From sequence record KM389287.1: 28,879 bases of DNA, one strand, 5' to 3'. A model generated the notes under the pieces. That model was not told the DNA's origin. It did not search any database and saw only the letters and a list, made by a program, of their open reading frames with translations. Position 1 is the stretch's first letter. Every line of letters starts with the position of its first letter. The translations under genes and the position numbers were made by a program. The DNA is from Escherichia phage Phi06_2987 S. Below, piece after piece: positions 14,785 to 24,480 of the stretch.

Positions 14785-15540
14785 TCAGCTCCTGATAAGG
14801 GATGTACCGGGGAAGCCGCCGAACGGCAGCTCGTTGCTGTCTCCATGCCGGAGTTTGCAGGCCGTCAGCGTACCGTTGCATTCATCCCGCGAAGGATCGT
14901 CAACCGGATTATTGTGTTTATCGAAATAGAGCGTTCCGGCATAGTCGCAGCCGTCGCCGGTGCGGTACTTGTTCCGGATGCACCAGGAACACAGCGAATG
15001 CAGCTGCCGCGTCGGTATCATCCGGCCCTGTAAATCCATCGGACTGGAAAGCGTAAATTCAACAGCTTCATCCGTCTCGGTACTTCTGGCGTCGATATAA
15101 AAGACCTTCAGCTTTTCCTGTGACGGGTCTGCGGTGGGGTTGCCCTGCGGAAAATTTCTGGCGTCCAGATACTTAGCCAGCGTGTCGTGGATACTGACTT
15201 TCGCCTGCAGCAGATCGTCATACGCAAGACAGAGCGCTGAGATCGAGCTGTCCAGGTTCGCCACCGTCAATTTTGGCTGTGGGCTGGTACCGTCTGTGGT
15301 CGCCTCAATACCCTCCACCTGACATGGCCAGGCTTTATATTCCTCCCCCTGCCACCATATGGACTTCGCCGGAAGTTTATTCTCATCCCCGCCTGCGGCT
15401 TCAATCTCTTCCGGGGTGTGTGCGATATTGTGTGCGTGGAAGCGGAGCACATCTGACATACCGAACGCTGTACCATCGACAGAAAAAAGCCGGACTTCAT
15501 TGCCCGGCTCAAGTTTTTGATAATCAGCATTAAGACTCAT
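14785..15540 (-). CDS. L: minor tail protein L
   Basis: 251 aa. The cysteine-containing C-terminus (…CSWCIRNKYRTGDGCDYAG…CNGTLTACKLRHG…FGGFPG) parallels lambda gpL. Its start overlaps the M stop (ATGA). Confidence 0.9.
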   Translation of the reverse strand: MSLNADYQKLEPGNEVRLFSVDGTAFGMSDVLRFHAHNIAHTPEEIEAAGGDENKLPAKSIWWQGEEYKAWPCQVEGIEATTDGTSPQPKLTVANLDSSISALCLAYDDLLQAKVSIHDTLAKYLDARNFPQGNPTADPSQEKLKVFYIDARSTETDEAVEFTLSSPMDLQGRMIPTRQLHSLCSWCIRNKYRTGDGCDYAGTLYFDKHNNPVDDPSRDECNGTLTACKLRHGDSNELPFGGFPGTSLIRS

Positions 15541-15884
15541 GGTGCAAATGCCTGTTCAAACGTTGCGGTTACGGTTATCACTTTTACGTTTTTAACCACC
15601 TTTTTGAGCGTGTCAGCCTCGACACGCCACAGCGCGGTATCGCCGAAAGGCGGAGTGAAAATAAACGACTTCACTTTATGCCGCCGAAGGAAGGCATGAA
15701 TTTCATTCGCTGTAGTCGGATCCCCTGAGAAGGAAAATTCATAGGTGCGAATTTCATCATTCAGACCTGAGCCGCTCACCTGTGCGTAACCGTCGCCGAA
15801 CTGGACCTTCCTGACGGTGTCTTTGCTTCCCTCTGTGGGCTGGCTGGAGACCTTAATACCCCAGGAGAATGTTTCTATCGTCAT
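15537..15884 (-). CDS. M: minor tail protein M
   Basis: 115 aa; RKVQFGDGYAQ... matches lambda gpM (RKVRFGDGYSQ...). Confidence 0.9.
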   Translation of the reverse strand: MTIETFSWGIKVSSQPTEGSKDTVRKVQFGDGYAQVSGSGLNDEIRTYEFSFSGDPTTANEIHAFLRRHKVKSFIFTPPFGDTALWRVEADTLKKVVKNVKVITVTATFEQAFAP

Positions 15885-15889
15885 AACTG

Positions 15890-18406
15890 TTACCTGCGAT
15901 TGTTCGCATTCCAGATAAGCCCACCGGGCTGGATTGCCCTGGCGATACCATCGTTGACAGATTTGTTAATCACCTGCTGATACGCCTTACCCAGCCTGTC
16001 TCCGTCATTTTGCTGCTGTGCGCCACCGGAGGCATTCTCGACGGTCACAGGCGCGTACACGCTCACCCCGAAAGGTGCTGCAGCGGGACCTGTGCCACTG
16101 CCCCCGACAAGCCCTCCTGTGGCGTACCCTTTCATCATCCGGTAAAGGTTGCCGACGCCGATCCGACTGGTAGCCTCTTTGGTGAAAACAAATTCGCCAC
16201 GGTGAACGACACCTGCGGGTTCATATTTCCCACCCGAACCGGTGAATCCCCCGCTGGCAAACCCCAGCGCCGTGGAGGCTGAATCTACCAGTCCGGTCAT
16301 TGCCTGCTTCAGCAGAATTTGTGTCAGCATGGAGAGCGTGGAGCGGGTAAAGTCAGCCCAGTCAGCCTTTCCGCGTGTCAGCATGTCTGCCATATTCTGC
16401 CCGATGCCATCAAACGTACTGGTGGCAACCGACTTCATCTGGCCATAAGCATCTGAAGCGGAATCAACATAATCTGCCCATGCGGATTTGGCCCCGGATT
16501 GCCAGTCGTCCCGCAGCTTATCCTGCTCGGCGTAATACGCCTGCAGCGCCTGCAGCTCATTCTGATAACCAGCGTCGTTCTCCGAACCGCCACCATTTTT
16601 CCAGCCCTGAAGAAGCTGGGCCTCCTCATTGCGGCGTTGTGCTGCACGACTGCTCATACCAGCACTTTCCGCAAGGGCTCGGGTTTTCTCGCCGATCTGC
16701 GTGACGTATTTTTGGGACGTATCCTGCAGGCGGTTAAGCCGCTCCTGCGCCACTATCTGATCGCCAAGCTTCGCGTTCAGCTCTGCACGGGAAAGCACCT
16801 CGCTTTTACTGGCCAGCAGGGATTTTTCCTCGGCAGAAAGCGTCCGGGTCTTCGCGGCTTCTTCCAGAACCGTAAACCGGGACTGTTGACGCCACAGCTC
16901 CTGACGCTGCTGGCTGATGGTGTCATTGATCCCCTTATGCTCCTGCAGGGTGCGCAGCTGTGCTTCCAGCTCCATCGTCTGGGCGCTGGCCGTATCGGTT
17001 GCACGGGTACCGGCAGGTGTCCTGACTGCAGGGGTTTTCTTCGGTTTTTTGAGGGTGTCTTCGTACTCTTTTTTCGCGGCGGCCAGGTTGATGTTGTAGT
17101 CAGCCTGGAGGATCCGCCCCTCTTTCAGAGCCTTATTGAGCTCGCTCTGCCTGGCCGTGTATTTCTCAAGGGCAGTTTGGGTTTTGGCATAGTTGGCCTG
17201 AGCCTGCGCGGCATATTTCTGACGATCGGACTCTGCGACCGCTTCACGGGAAGCATTCTCTTCGTTCGCTTTGGCAATACCAGCCTGCTGCTGCGCCATA
17301 TCCAGTGCCAGTCTGGCCGTTTCACGATCATTCCAGAACCGGGCGCGGGCCTCATCATTCACATAATGATCGCCTTTACGCAGATTCCAGATTTCATCAG
17401 CCTTTTTAAACGCGGCCTGGGCTTTTGCCACCATCTCCTGGGCGGTGTCAGGTCTGCCAATATCAAGTGCAGCATCCCACATCGACTTGAAGGCACGCTT
17501 CAGGGAATCCGCTGAAGACTCAATCGTCCCCATATTGTCGCGGATGGCCTTGGTCTGATCGTTGAATCCGGCAGTAGCAGCCTGATTAGCCGCCTGCAGT
17601 GCGCCAGCCTCATCACCGGCACGCTGCAGCTGTGCCACATGGGCAATCTGTTCGGCCGTAACGTTGTGGAACTGCTGAGCCATCGCGATCAGGCCTGATG
17701 TAGGGTCAGTAGTGAGCTTGCCGTATGCGGCTGCGACTTTTTCCACCGGCACGCCGGAGGCATCAGTAAATCGCGCCACCGCCTGGCTCATTTCATCAAA
17801 GCGCGAACTCGCGCCCACCCCCGCGTTGATAAGCTCGCTCAGGGCTTCGCTGGTCTGATTGAACGTCAGCCCCGCTGCCTGGCCGTTTCGTGCCAGCGCC
17901 AACATACGATCGGCAGTCAATCCGGCCGTGTTCCCCGACAGTACCAGCGTTTTGTTGAAGTCAGATAGTGTGGATGAGCCCTGGTACCAGGCATAGAACA
18001 GCGCACCCGTTGCGGCGGACAGCGCACCGATGCCGACCATCAACGGTGAGATCGTACCCAGTAAGGCCCTGAATGTTGGTATTATCCCGCCAAAGGAGTC
18101 CTTAACCTGACCGCCCTGCTGAAGCAGAATCAGCCATGGGTTCTGCCCGCCCGCTAGCTGCGTAGCTATATCGGTAAACTGCGCCGGAAGCATACGCATT
18201 GCTGCGTTATACTGGCCTATTGAAATACCCGCCTTGCGCGCGGCGTTCTCCTGGCGGCTAAAGGACTGCTGGATCCGTAGCGCTTCGTCGTTCGCCGCGC
18301 TGCCAGTCTGCTTTAATTCTTTTTTGACGTAGTTAAGCTGCTCGTTAAATTTCGTCGAGTTAACGTCAAGGTTAACGACCAGATCACCCACTGCCGTCTG
18401 GGCCAT
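15890..18406 (-). CDS. H: tail tape measure protein
   Basis: 838 aa, Ala/Gln-rich and predicted helical, located between G/T and M as in lambda gpH. Confidence 0.95.
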   Translation of the reverse strand: MAQTAVGDLVVNLDVNSTKFNEQLNYVKKELKQTGSAANDEALRIQQSFSRQENAARKAGISIGQYNAAMRMLPAQFTDIATQLAGGQNPWLILLQQGGQVKDSFGGIIPTFRALLGTISPLMVGIGALSAATGALFYAWYQGSSTLSDFNKTLVLSGNTAGLTADRMLALARNGQAAGLTFNQTSEALSELINAGVGASSRFDEMSQAVARFTDASGVPVEKVAAAYGKLTTDPTSGLIAMAQQFHNVTAEQIAHVAQLQRAGDEAGALQAANQAATAGFNDQTKAIRDNMGTIESSADSLKRAFKSMWDAALDIGRPDTAQEMVAKAQAAFKKADEIWNLRKGDHYVNDEARARFWNDRETARLALDMAQQQAGIAKANEENASREAVAESDRQKYAAQAQANYAKTQTALEKYTARQSELNKALKEGRILQADYNINLAAAKKEYEDTLKKPKKTPAVRTPAGTRATDTASAQTMELEAQLRTLQEHKGINDTISQQRQELWRQQSRFTVLEEAAKTRTLSAEEKSLLASKSEVLSRAELNAKLGDQIVAQERLNRLQDTSQKYVTQIGEKTRALAESAGMSSRAAQRRNEEAQLLQGWKNGGGSENDAGYQNELQALQAYYAEQDKLRDDWQSGAKSAWADYVDSASDAYGQMKSVATSTFDGIGQNMADMLTRGKADWADFTRSTLSMLTQILLKQAMTGLVDSASTALGFASGGFTGSGGKYEPAGVVHRGEFVFTKEATSRIGVGNLYRMMKGYATGGLVGGSGTGPAAAPFGVSVYAPVTVENASGGAQQQNDGDRLGKAYQQVINKSVNDGIARAIQPGGLIWNANNRR

Positions 18407-18704
18407 AGCGCACGCCTCCTGAAATACCTGCAGCCTTCGCCATCAGCGTATCGTCATCCGGCTCATCAACGTCGATGCTTTCCGATACAGGGGAAAGGAT
18501 GCTGAAACTGTCCGGTGTTAATTCCGGATCAGCAAAAAACAGGGTTGAGATGGTGTAGAGCAAACCGGAGAAATGAGCATCCAGCTGCGCATCATGAAAG
18601 TAATTGTCCTGGTAGAAGATTTTCCAGTCGCCGTATTCCGTTGAGGACATGCCAGCAAGCATGGCACGCCAGTCCGGGCGACCGAACTCACGCGCCAGTT
18701 TCAT
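18384..18704 (-). CDS. T: tail assembly chaperone, T portion (expressed as a G-T fusion by -1 frameshift)
   Basis: ORF in the -1 frame relative to G, overlapping the G 3' end and the H start. A GGAAAAG slippery-like heptamer lies at about 18731-18737 near the end of G. This is the conserved lambda G/GT arrangement. Confidence 0.7.
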   Translation of the reverse strand: MKLAREFGRPDWRAMLAGMSSTEYGDWKIFYQDNYFHDAQLDAHFSGLLYTISTLFFADPELTPDSFSILSPVSESIDVDEPDDDTLMAKAAGISGGVRYGPDGSG

Positions 18705-18712
18705 GGCAAACT

Positions 18713-19135
18713 TCAGCTCACTGGCGAGGGCTTTTCCGCAGTAACAGGTTCAGCGGGTTCATTACGTTCTTCACCGGGCTCAGCCTGGTCATCAGTGACC
18801 GGCGCAATCATCCCGGACAGGAGTTTCACCTTATATTCGGCTTCGGCAACAAGTTCGGTCGGCCATGTCTGCATGACCTCATCCTGAATCTGCTCCACTT
18901 CCGCCGCCGCGTTTTCTCCCTGCGATCCTTTAAGCGCGTGGCCATGCCAGAGTGACATTGCCACCAGATATGCTCCACTCTTCACGGTAAGGGTAATGGC
19001 AGCCTGAAAATCACCAGCTTCAACCGCCTCAAGTTGTTTCAGGTATTCGAGGTATTCAATACGCTGCAGCGCCGACAGCTGGAACAATGTGACGCTGCTG
19101 CCGTTACTTTCAAGCAGCTCGCTCTTTAGAAACAT
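18713..19135 (-). CDS. G: tail assembly chaperone G
   Basis: 140 aa with an acidic C-terminus, between V and T/H. Confidence 0.85.
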   Translation of the reverse strand: MFLKSELLESNGSSVTLFQLSALQRIEYLEYLKQLEAVEAGDFQAAITLTVKSGAYLVAMSLWHGHALKGSQGENAAAEVEQIQDEVMQTWPTELVAEAEYKVKLLSGMIAPVTDDQAEPGEERNEPAEPVTAEKPSPVS

Positions 19136-19171
19136 AATTACTCCGGGGGAACGGGGCTTTCGCCCCGGTTA

Positions 19172-19909
19172 TCAGGAAACAGTGACTTTGCAGATCGCCA
19201 CAAAGTTACCGTCATTGCTCATTACGATGATCTCGACGGTGCCTGCCGCCACGCCGGTAACAGTCAGGGTATTGCCGCTGACGGTGACCGTTGCTTTTGA
19301 CGGATCAGAACTGGCTACGCGGAAAGACTTATCTGAAGCACTTGCTGGCAGGACAGAAACAACCAGTTGCGTCGTGGCCGCGACAGCCACAGCCGCCGTG
19401 GATTTATCCAGGCTGATCCCCGTAACGGCAATCGGCGCGGTACCACTGTCTTCGGCCAGCGATGGTTTGCCATTGTTGGTGATTTTTGCCGTGCGGGTCA
19501 TGACCTCTTTAGACGAGATGGTCTTGCCGAGACTGCTCACCCAGCCCTTAAAGACATCGACAACACCATTCGGATATTTGATTTTATACCCCTTCACGGT
19601 GCCTTCATCGAACCAGTTCACCAGGTCCTGCTGACCGGAATCCTCCGGCATCCATGCGAGCGTCAGGTTTGTTTCACCGGCTGATTTCTGCCCCTGCATC
19701 GTTGATGTCCAGTCGGCATTCTCATCATCGATGTAGGTGTCATCTTCCGATTCAGCTGTCAGTTCTCCGGGCTGCAGGTCTTTAATCTTTGCCAGGCGCA
19801 GCCAGTCAACGTCTGAAAGCGGATTGGCGTATGGATCACCAGTTCCGGTGTAAACCCAGAGGGTGGTACCAGCACCTTTTGTTGGTGCCAGCGGGTTTGG
19901 TGTGGCCAT
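19172..19909 (-). CDS. V: major tail protein V (with C-terminal Ig-like domain)
   Basis: 245 aa. N-terminal region matches lambda gpV as recalled; the C-terminus has a Big_2-like Ig segment. Confidence 0.9.
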   Translation of the reverse strand: MATPNPLAPTKGAGTTLWVYTGTGDPYANPLSDVDWLRLAKIKDLQPGELTAESEDDTYIDDENADWTSTMQGQKSAGETNLTLAWMPEDSGQQDLVNWFDEGTVKGYKIKYPNGVVDVFKGWVSSLGKTISSKEVMTRTAKITNNGKPSLAEDSGTAPIAVTGISLDKSTAAVAVAATTQLVVSVLPASASDKSFRVASSDPSKATVTVSGNTLTVTGVAAGTVEIIVMSNDGNFVAICKVTVS

Positions 19910-19916
19910 AGGGTCC

Positions 19917-20315
19917 TCACATGTCGTAAGTAATGGAATATTTCAGGTCGGCAGAACTCCACAGCGCCATATCGTCATCGCGCTGGTAGTCATAGCCCTG
20001 CTGAACCATTGTGGTGATAAGAGATTCAAGCCCCGGAACCTCTGCGAGAACCGGATACACTCTCGTCTCCATCCAGTCATCCAGATCAGAATCAGGTACC
20101 TGAGCCTCAAGAAAGACTTCGATATGCAGAATGGCCTGCCAGCTATCGGCGTCCAGTTCTTCCCCTGTGTATTCCGCATCTGTCAGGTAGACGGCAACAG
20201 CGGGAAAATCACCCTCTTCGAGCACTGCAGGTCTGCCGTCAAAATAAATGACATCAGTACCAATCGCGCTTTCCAGCGCGTCAATAATCACCTTGCGAAT
20301 ATCGCTGTGTTTCAT
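19917..20315 (-). CDS. U: tail terminator protein U
   Basis: 132 aa; [45 protein letters not shown] is near-identical to lambda gpU as recalled. Confidence 0.92.
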   Translation of the reverse strand: MKHSDIRKVIIDALESAIGTDVIYFDGRPAVLEEGDFPAVAVYLTDAEYTGEELDADSWQAILHIEVFLEAQVPDSDLDDWMETRVYPVLAEVPGLESLITTMVQQGYDYQRDDDMALWSSADLKYSITYDM

Positions 20316-20866
20316 CGTGTCAGAATTAACCTGAGTTGGTTGGTAAGGGATGCTCGGAGCTCTTTGGGCATATCTGACTCCATGAGCTTCGGCAGTTCTT
20401 CTTTAAATGCCGTAGTTAATGGAGCTGCCAGCGGGATGCTGACCACTTCAATGGGGTAACGAGGTTTTGAAGTCCGCCTCATGACATGCCAGCGACCATT
20501 TTTAAGTTGCTGGATAAAGCCGCCCGGAAAACGAAATGGCCCTATGCGCAGAACGCTGTTGGCCCCTTTCTTGTCCCGTTTTCTGCGGGAAAGTCGCACG
20601 CTTGCGGTACCGAGTTTAATGGCCGGTAAATTTCCCCGGTTTACCCGGATAAGTGCACGAGGTCTATTGACCGTCGCACGCTTCACCCTGGCGCGTTGCT
20701 TTACCAGTTTTCGCGGTACGCGCGTATCTTTTGATACGACTGCCACGCTGCGGCTGACGGCCCGGTTTGCCACGCGGTTAACGGCCTGCGCCGATGCCCG
20801 CGGAACAGCCGTTTTGCTGATGCTGTTAAGGTTTTCTATGGCCTGTTCAAGGCCTTTTATGGACAT
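20312..20866 (-). CDS. Z: minor tail protein Z
   Basis: 184 aa; MSIKGLEQAIENL...FIQQLKNGRWHVM matches lambda gpZ. Confidence 0.9.
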   Translation of the reverse strand: MSIKGLEQAIENLNSISKTAVPRASAQAVNRVANRAVSRSVAVVSKDTRVPRKLVKQRARVKRATVNRPRALIRVNRGNLPAIKLGTASVRLSRRKRDKKGANSVLRIGPFRFPGGFIQQLKNGRWHVMRRTSKPRYPIEVVSIPLAAPLTTAFKEELPKLMESDMPKELRASLTNQLRLILTR

Positions 20867-20875
20867 ATGCGCTCC

Positions 20876-21229
20876 TTAACGGCGACGCGAAGATGCAGGT
20901 GGAGAGCCGTTACCCAGACAGATATGACAGGAGCCACAGTCATCCGGACCAATACGTTCAACCCAGAATTGCCGACCGTTAATCGTCAGCGTGTCCATAC
21001 GCTGCAGCTGCCTGACAGTGGCGGTTTCCACAAACAGGGTCGGGCTGGTTCCTTCAACACGAATCCCGGCACCGGCATATCCGATATTTTCTGGATCATC
21101 GAATACACCGACCAGGGTGGCACCTGACAAAGCGCCTGACATCACCTTTGCCTCTGTGCCCATCACACCACGGATAGCGCTATCAGCTCGCGACATGGCC
21201 TCGTCAAAGAGATTATCGAAATCAGCCAT
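20876..21229 (-). CDS. FII: head-tail joining protein FII
   Basis: 117 aa; MADFDNLFDEA...FDDPENIGYAG matches lambda FII. Confidence 0.92.
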   Translation of the reverse strand: MADFDNLFDEAMSRADSAIRGVMGTEAKVMSGALSGATLVGVFDDPENIGYAGAGIRVEGTSPTLFVETATVRQLQRMDTLTINGRQFWVERIGPDDCGSCHICLGNGSPPASSRRR

Positions 21230-21239
21230 GTGGCCCCCT

Positions 21240-21656
21240 TCAGACTTCGAAAGCCAGCCCCTTTGCGATCAAGTCGTCGGCATCCTGTTCAGATACGCGG
21301 ATAATCACACCAGGCTCTACGATAGATACCGGCTCGTTACGCGTGGCATGCAGAGCGTCAATATGCAGGGTGGCCAGCGTTTCTACTGATACCAGGTCAC
21401 CCGTTGTGGCCGATTCCGTTTTTACTTTTGCCACGTTAGCAACATTGTTGTCGGTGCTGTCGGTGCTGTCGGTGCTGTCGGAAGCATTCTGCACGCCGTT
21501 TTCACCGTCAACTGACCCGGCATTGCCATCCAGTTCCTCTTCAAGCTCAGCAATACGCATCGTCAGTTCCTGAATGGTGCCGCTGGTACTGACCTCGCGG
21601 TTAAGCTGGGTCCCAAGTTCATTCAGGCGGGCGACCAGCTTTTCTTTTTCTGTCAT
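21240..21656 (-). CDS. FI: DNA packaging protein FI
   Basis: Start at MTEKEKLVARLNELGTQLNREV, which aligns with the lambda FI N-terminus. The track ORF is extended to GTG 21692. Contains an in-frame 9-bp tandem repeat. Confidence 0.85.
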   Translation of the reverse strand: MTEKEKLVARLNELGTQLNREVSTSGTIQELTMRIAELEEELDGNAGSVDGENGVQNASDSTDSTDSTDNNVANVAKVKTESATTGDLVSVETLATLHIDALHATRNEPVSIVEPGVIIRVSEQDADDLIAKGLAFEV

Positions 21657-21701
21657 GGGAAATACTCCAGAAAGGTGGCCCGACAGGGCCACTGGGGGAA
21701 G

Positions 21702-22727
21702 TTATGCCAGTTTGACGGAGACGAATGCGTCAGGGTCTGGCAGCAGCATCAGCGGAGCTGACTGAATCATGGTGAATTCGCGCGCCGGATCCCCCGACTG
21801 CACCCAGTTTTTCGGGTAGCGTGTCGAGGCATTGATACCTTCGCGCTGGGCATCAGCATCAAGAATGCAGCCATAGGTACGCAGGCCACGAGCCTGGGTA
21901 TTCCCCAGCACCATTGTCAGGTCCGGCAGATAATTCTTTTTGACGTCGTTTTCGACGTACTGGCCGGAGTACACCACGATGGCCACATCGCCAAACATCC
22001 CCTTGTATGAAACAGCCATACCCAGGTCTTTCACGGCAGTTTCCAGCTCAGAGTTAGAACCACGACGCGTATCCAGCTTCTTCTCAACAGCCTTGAAGGA
22101 ACGGAACAGCGCCCAGCCTTTCGGATCGAACACAATGATGTTGACCACACCGCTGGCGTTGAGCGCGTAGGCTTCAATGTCATCGGTCGGGTCATACGTT
22201 TCTTTGTCGCGGGTTGACCATGCAGCCGCACCGGCCTGGACAATGTTGTTACCAGCGCTGCGGCCCATATCGACTTCAACAGGCTCGAACGCTTCCCCGG
22301 TCATGGTGTATTTACCGCTGAGCACCGCCGAAACAGCCTGTTTCTCTTCGACCTGAGCAATCGCCAGCTCTTCATCCTTCATGTTCTGAAGGATAATGCG
22401 GCGACGGCGATAGACCGGGTCAGCGAGATTCTGCGGATCCTCATCCGGCAGGCGGCGGAGAGTCATCAGTGGGTTAACTTCGTGTTTCGGCTTCACATAA
22501 CCCGGCGTGAATTCAGACGTGCTGCCGCCACGGGAGCGGATCACTTTGCCGGAGACAATCGGCGAGACGTAAAGCGCCATATTGACCAGGCCAGGAATTT
22601 GCGACAGGTAAACCTTCTCTGTACTGAAGGGATAGGTTTCGCGGAAAAAGATACGCAGGAAAAGCGGATCGAATTTGAATTTCTTCTCATTGACCGCCAG
22701 CAGTTGGGCAGTGGTGTAAACGGACAT
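21702..22727 (-). CDS. E: major capsid protein E
   Basis: 341 aa, near-identical over long stretches to lambda gpE as recalled (MSVYTTAQLLA...FKFDPLFLR...). Confidence 0.95.
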   Translation of the reverse strand: MSVYTTAQLLAVNEKKFKFDPLFLRIFFRETYPFSTEKVYLSQIPGLVNMALYVSPIVSGKVIRSRGGSTSEFTPGYVKPKHEVNPLMTLRRLPDEDPQNLADPVYRRRRIILQNMKDEELAIAQVEEKQAVSAVLSGKYTMTGEAFEPVEVDMGRSAGNNIVQAGAAAWSTRDKETYDPTDDIEAYALNASGVVNIIVFDPKGWALFRSFKAVEKKLDTRRGSNSELETAVKDLGMAVSYKGMFGDVAIVVYSGQYVENDVKKNYLPDLTMVLGNTQARGLRTYGCILDADAQREGINASTRYPKNWVQSGDPAREFTMIQSAPLMLLPDPDAFVSVKLA

Positions 22728-22740
22728 AGATTTTTCCCGT

Positions 22741-22762
22741 AAAAAAAGCCGCGCAAGCGGCT
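22741..22762 (-). terminator. hairpin plus T-run between D and E
   Basis: Minus strand: AGCCGC-TTGC-GCGGCT followed by T7, 13 nt before the E start codon. Confidence 0.35.
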
Positions 22763-22794
22763 TTTATGAATGATGATGGTTGTAGAAATGCGGA

Positions 22795-23127
22795 TTAAAC
22801 GATGCTGATTGCAGTACCGGCGAACGCGTTACGTTTAATGTTGTCGTCGGTGACGGCAGATGGCCAGAGGACATCTTCAATACGGAAAGAGCCAGATTTG
22901 TAATATGCCAGTTCCGCGCTGTTCTGGTCTGCGGTTACAGCCAGGATGCCCATTGCCGCGCCAGCATGAGCACCATCCCAGACGGTCAGCTTGCCAGAAG
23001 TGGCATCCAGCATGAGCGGCGTCATGGCTGGAGTGGAAGCCGTCAGTTCGCCAGGACCATACGCAGTGTGCGCCGGGTCGCTGTTACCGAGCGGCTGGTT
23101 ATGTGTGAAAACTTCAGTAATTGCCAT
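22795..23127 (-). CDS. D: head decoration protein D
   Basis: 110 aa; ...NSDPAHTA...PAMTPLMLD...FAGTAISIV matches lambda gpD. Confidence 0.92.
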   Translation of the reverse strand: MAITEVFTHNQPLGNSDPAHTAYGPGELTASTPAMTPLMLDATSGKLTVWDGAHAGAAMGILAVTADQNSAELAYYKSGSFRIEDVLWPSAVTDDNIKRNAFAGTAISIV

Positions 23128-23136
23128 GATAGCCTC

Positions 23137-24480
23137 TTAAACGGGGGTGTTTAACAAATCGTCAGCGGCATCAGAAGATGCGCTACCTGCTGGGAGTGCA
23201 CCGGGTGCTGTTTCCATCAAACGATCCAGCGCCGTATCGGTACGCGCCTGGGCACTTTGCGGTGCAGCAGCCAGAATGCGCTGTGCGCTCTCTACCGTCA
23301 TACCCGGCGTTTCGGCCAGTGCTCGCGCCTGTGACTCACGCCCTTTAGCCTCATCGCAGTTCAGGATGCCCATGATGCGGCTATTCTCTGCAGCTACTGC
23401 TGCAGTAACCTGCGCACTGACATCTACAGGGGCCGCTACGGAAGCAATGGTCGTGTCAACGGTAGTGACCTGTTCAGCTGAGGCAGTTGTCTGAGTTGCT
23501 GCCTGGTCAACTGGCTTAGTGGTCACAGCTGAAGCAGAAGGTGATGGCATAGTTCCTCCAAGGGTTGTTTTTTTGCGTCTGTCGAGTGCTTCGCGCATCA
23601 CGCCGAGCGCATCGGTATTGTTAACAAGTTCATCCGCCAGTCCGTTATCCAAAGACTCCTGGCCGGAGAATACTGCCGCTTCGGTGTCCAGCACGTCCTG
23701 AACAGACATGCCGGTATAAGCGGAAACCTTTTCGGCAAACATCTGACGAGTGGCATCGATACGCGTCTGGAAATCAGCACGCACATCTTTCGGAAGCTTT
23801 TCGTAAGGGTTGCCGTCGACCTTGCGATCGCCGCTGTAAATCAGCGTGACCTCAACGCCGTTAGTTTTGAGCGCAGCGCCATAGTTGCTGTGCGCCATCA
23901 TGACCCCAATGGAGCCGGTTCTGGCCGTTTGTGTGACCAGCCGTCGCGATGCCGAACTGGCTATAAGCTGCCCTGCACTGCAGTTCATGTCATTGGCCAG
24001 CGCCCAGATGGGTTTGATATCGCGCATACGGGCTATAATGTCGGCGCAGTCAAACGCCCCGGACACCATTCCACCCGGCGTATCCATATCCAGAAGAATG
24101 CCGTCAACGCCGGGGTCACTGATTGCCTGCTGCAGGCGAGCAATGATCCCGTTGTAACCCGTCATGCCGGAATAAGGCTGAAGCGCACGGGTTTTACTGA
24201 CCAGCGTGCCGGAAACCGGCAAGACCGCGATACCATTTGCCACCTGATAGCTGCGTGATGGACGGGGATCCATGTCATCATCCTCACCAAACAGCGCCAG
24301 CGGTTCGGCTATTTGTCCGGCATCAAGCGTGATGCCAGAGACGGTATCTGTCAGCCGGGTGATGCCCAACTGGCCAGCCAGCGCGCAAAAGAAAACCCGC
24401 GCATAGGCGGGTTCAAGCATCAGCGGCTCATTAAAGGCCATACTGGCAATATGCGGAAGATTACGCAGCTCGTGCGCCAT
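23137..24480 (-). CDS. C: prohead protease / scaffold (gpC-like, S49 family; Nu3-like scaffold presumably nested in the 3' part)
   Basis: 447 aa, located between B and D. ClpP/S49-like fold signature in the N-terminal two thirds; Ala/Gln-rich C-terminal third typical of a scaffold. Confidence 0.88.
   Translation of the reverse strand: MAHELRNLPHIASMAFNEPLMLEPAYARVFFCALAGQLGITRLTDTVSGITLDAGQIAEPLALFGEDDDMDPRPSRSYQVANGIAVLPVSGTLVSKTRALQPYSGMTGYNGIIARLQQAISDPGVDGILLDMDTPGGMVSGAFDCADIIARMRDIKPIWALANDMNCSAGQLIASSASRRLVTQTARTGSIGVMMAHSNYGAALKTNGVEVTLIYSGDRKVDGNPYEKLPKDVRADFQTRIDATRQMFAEKVSAYTGMSVQDVLDTEAAVFSGQESLDNGLADELVNNTDALGVMREALDRRKKTTLGGTMPSPSASAVTTKPVDQAATQTTASAEQVTTVDTTIASVAAPVDVSAQVTAAVAAENSRIMGILNCDEAKGRESQARALAETPGMTVESAQRILAAAPQSAQARTDTALDRLMETAPGALPAGSASSDAADDLLNTPV

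Noticed and set aside
16499-17515. 338-aa plus-strand ORF inside the tape measure gene
   Set aside because: It lies entirely antisense to a well-supported 838-aa gene, has low-complexity composition and no ribosome-binding site. Typical spurious antisense ORF in a GC-rich gene.
21343-21573. CRISPR-like or other repeat array
   Set aside because: The only tandem repeat is a 9-bp unit repeated about 3.3 times inside FI. It is far too short, with no spacers, and there is no CRISPR array anywhere in the window.
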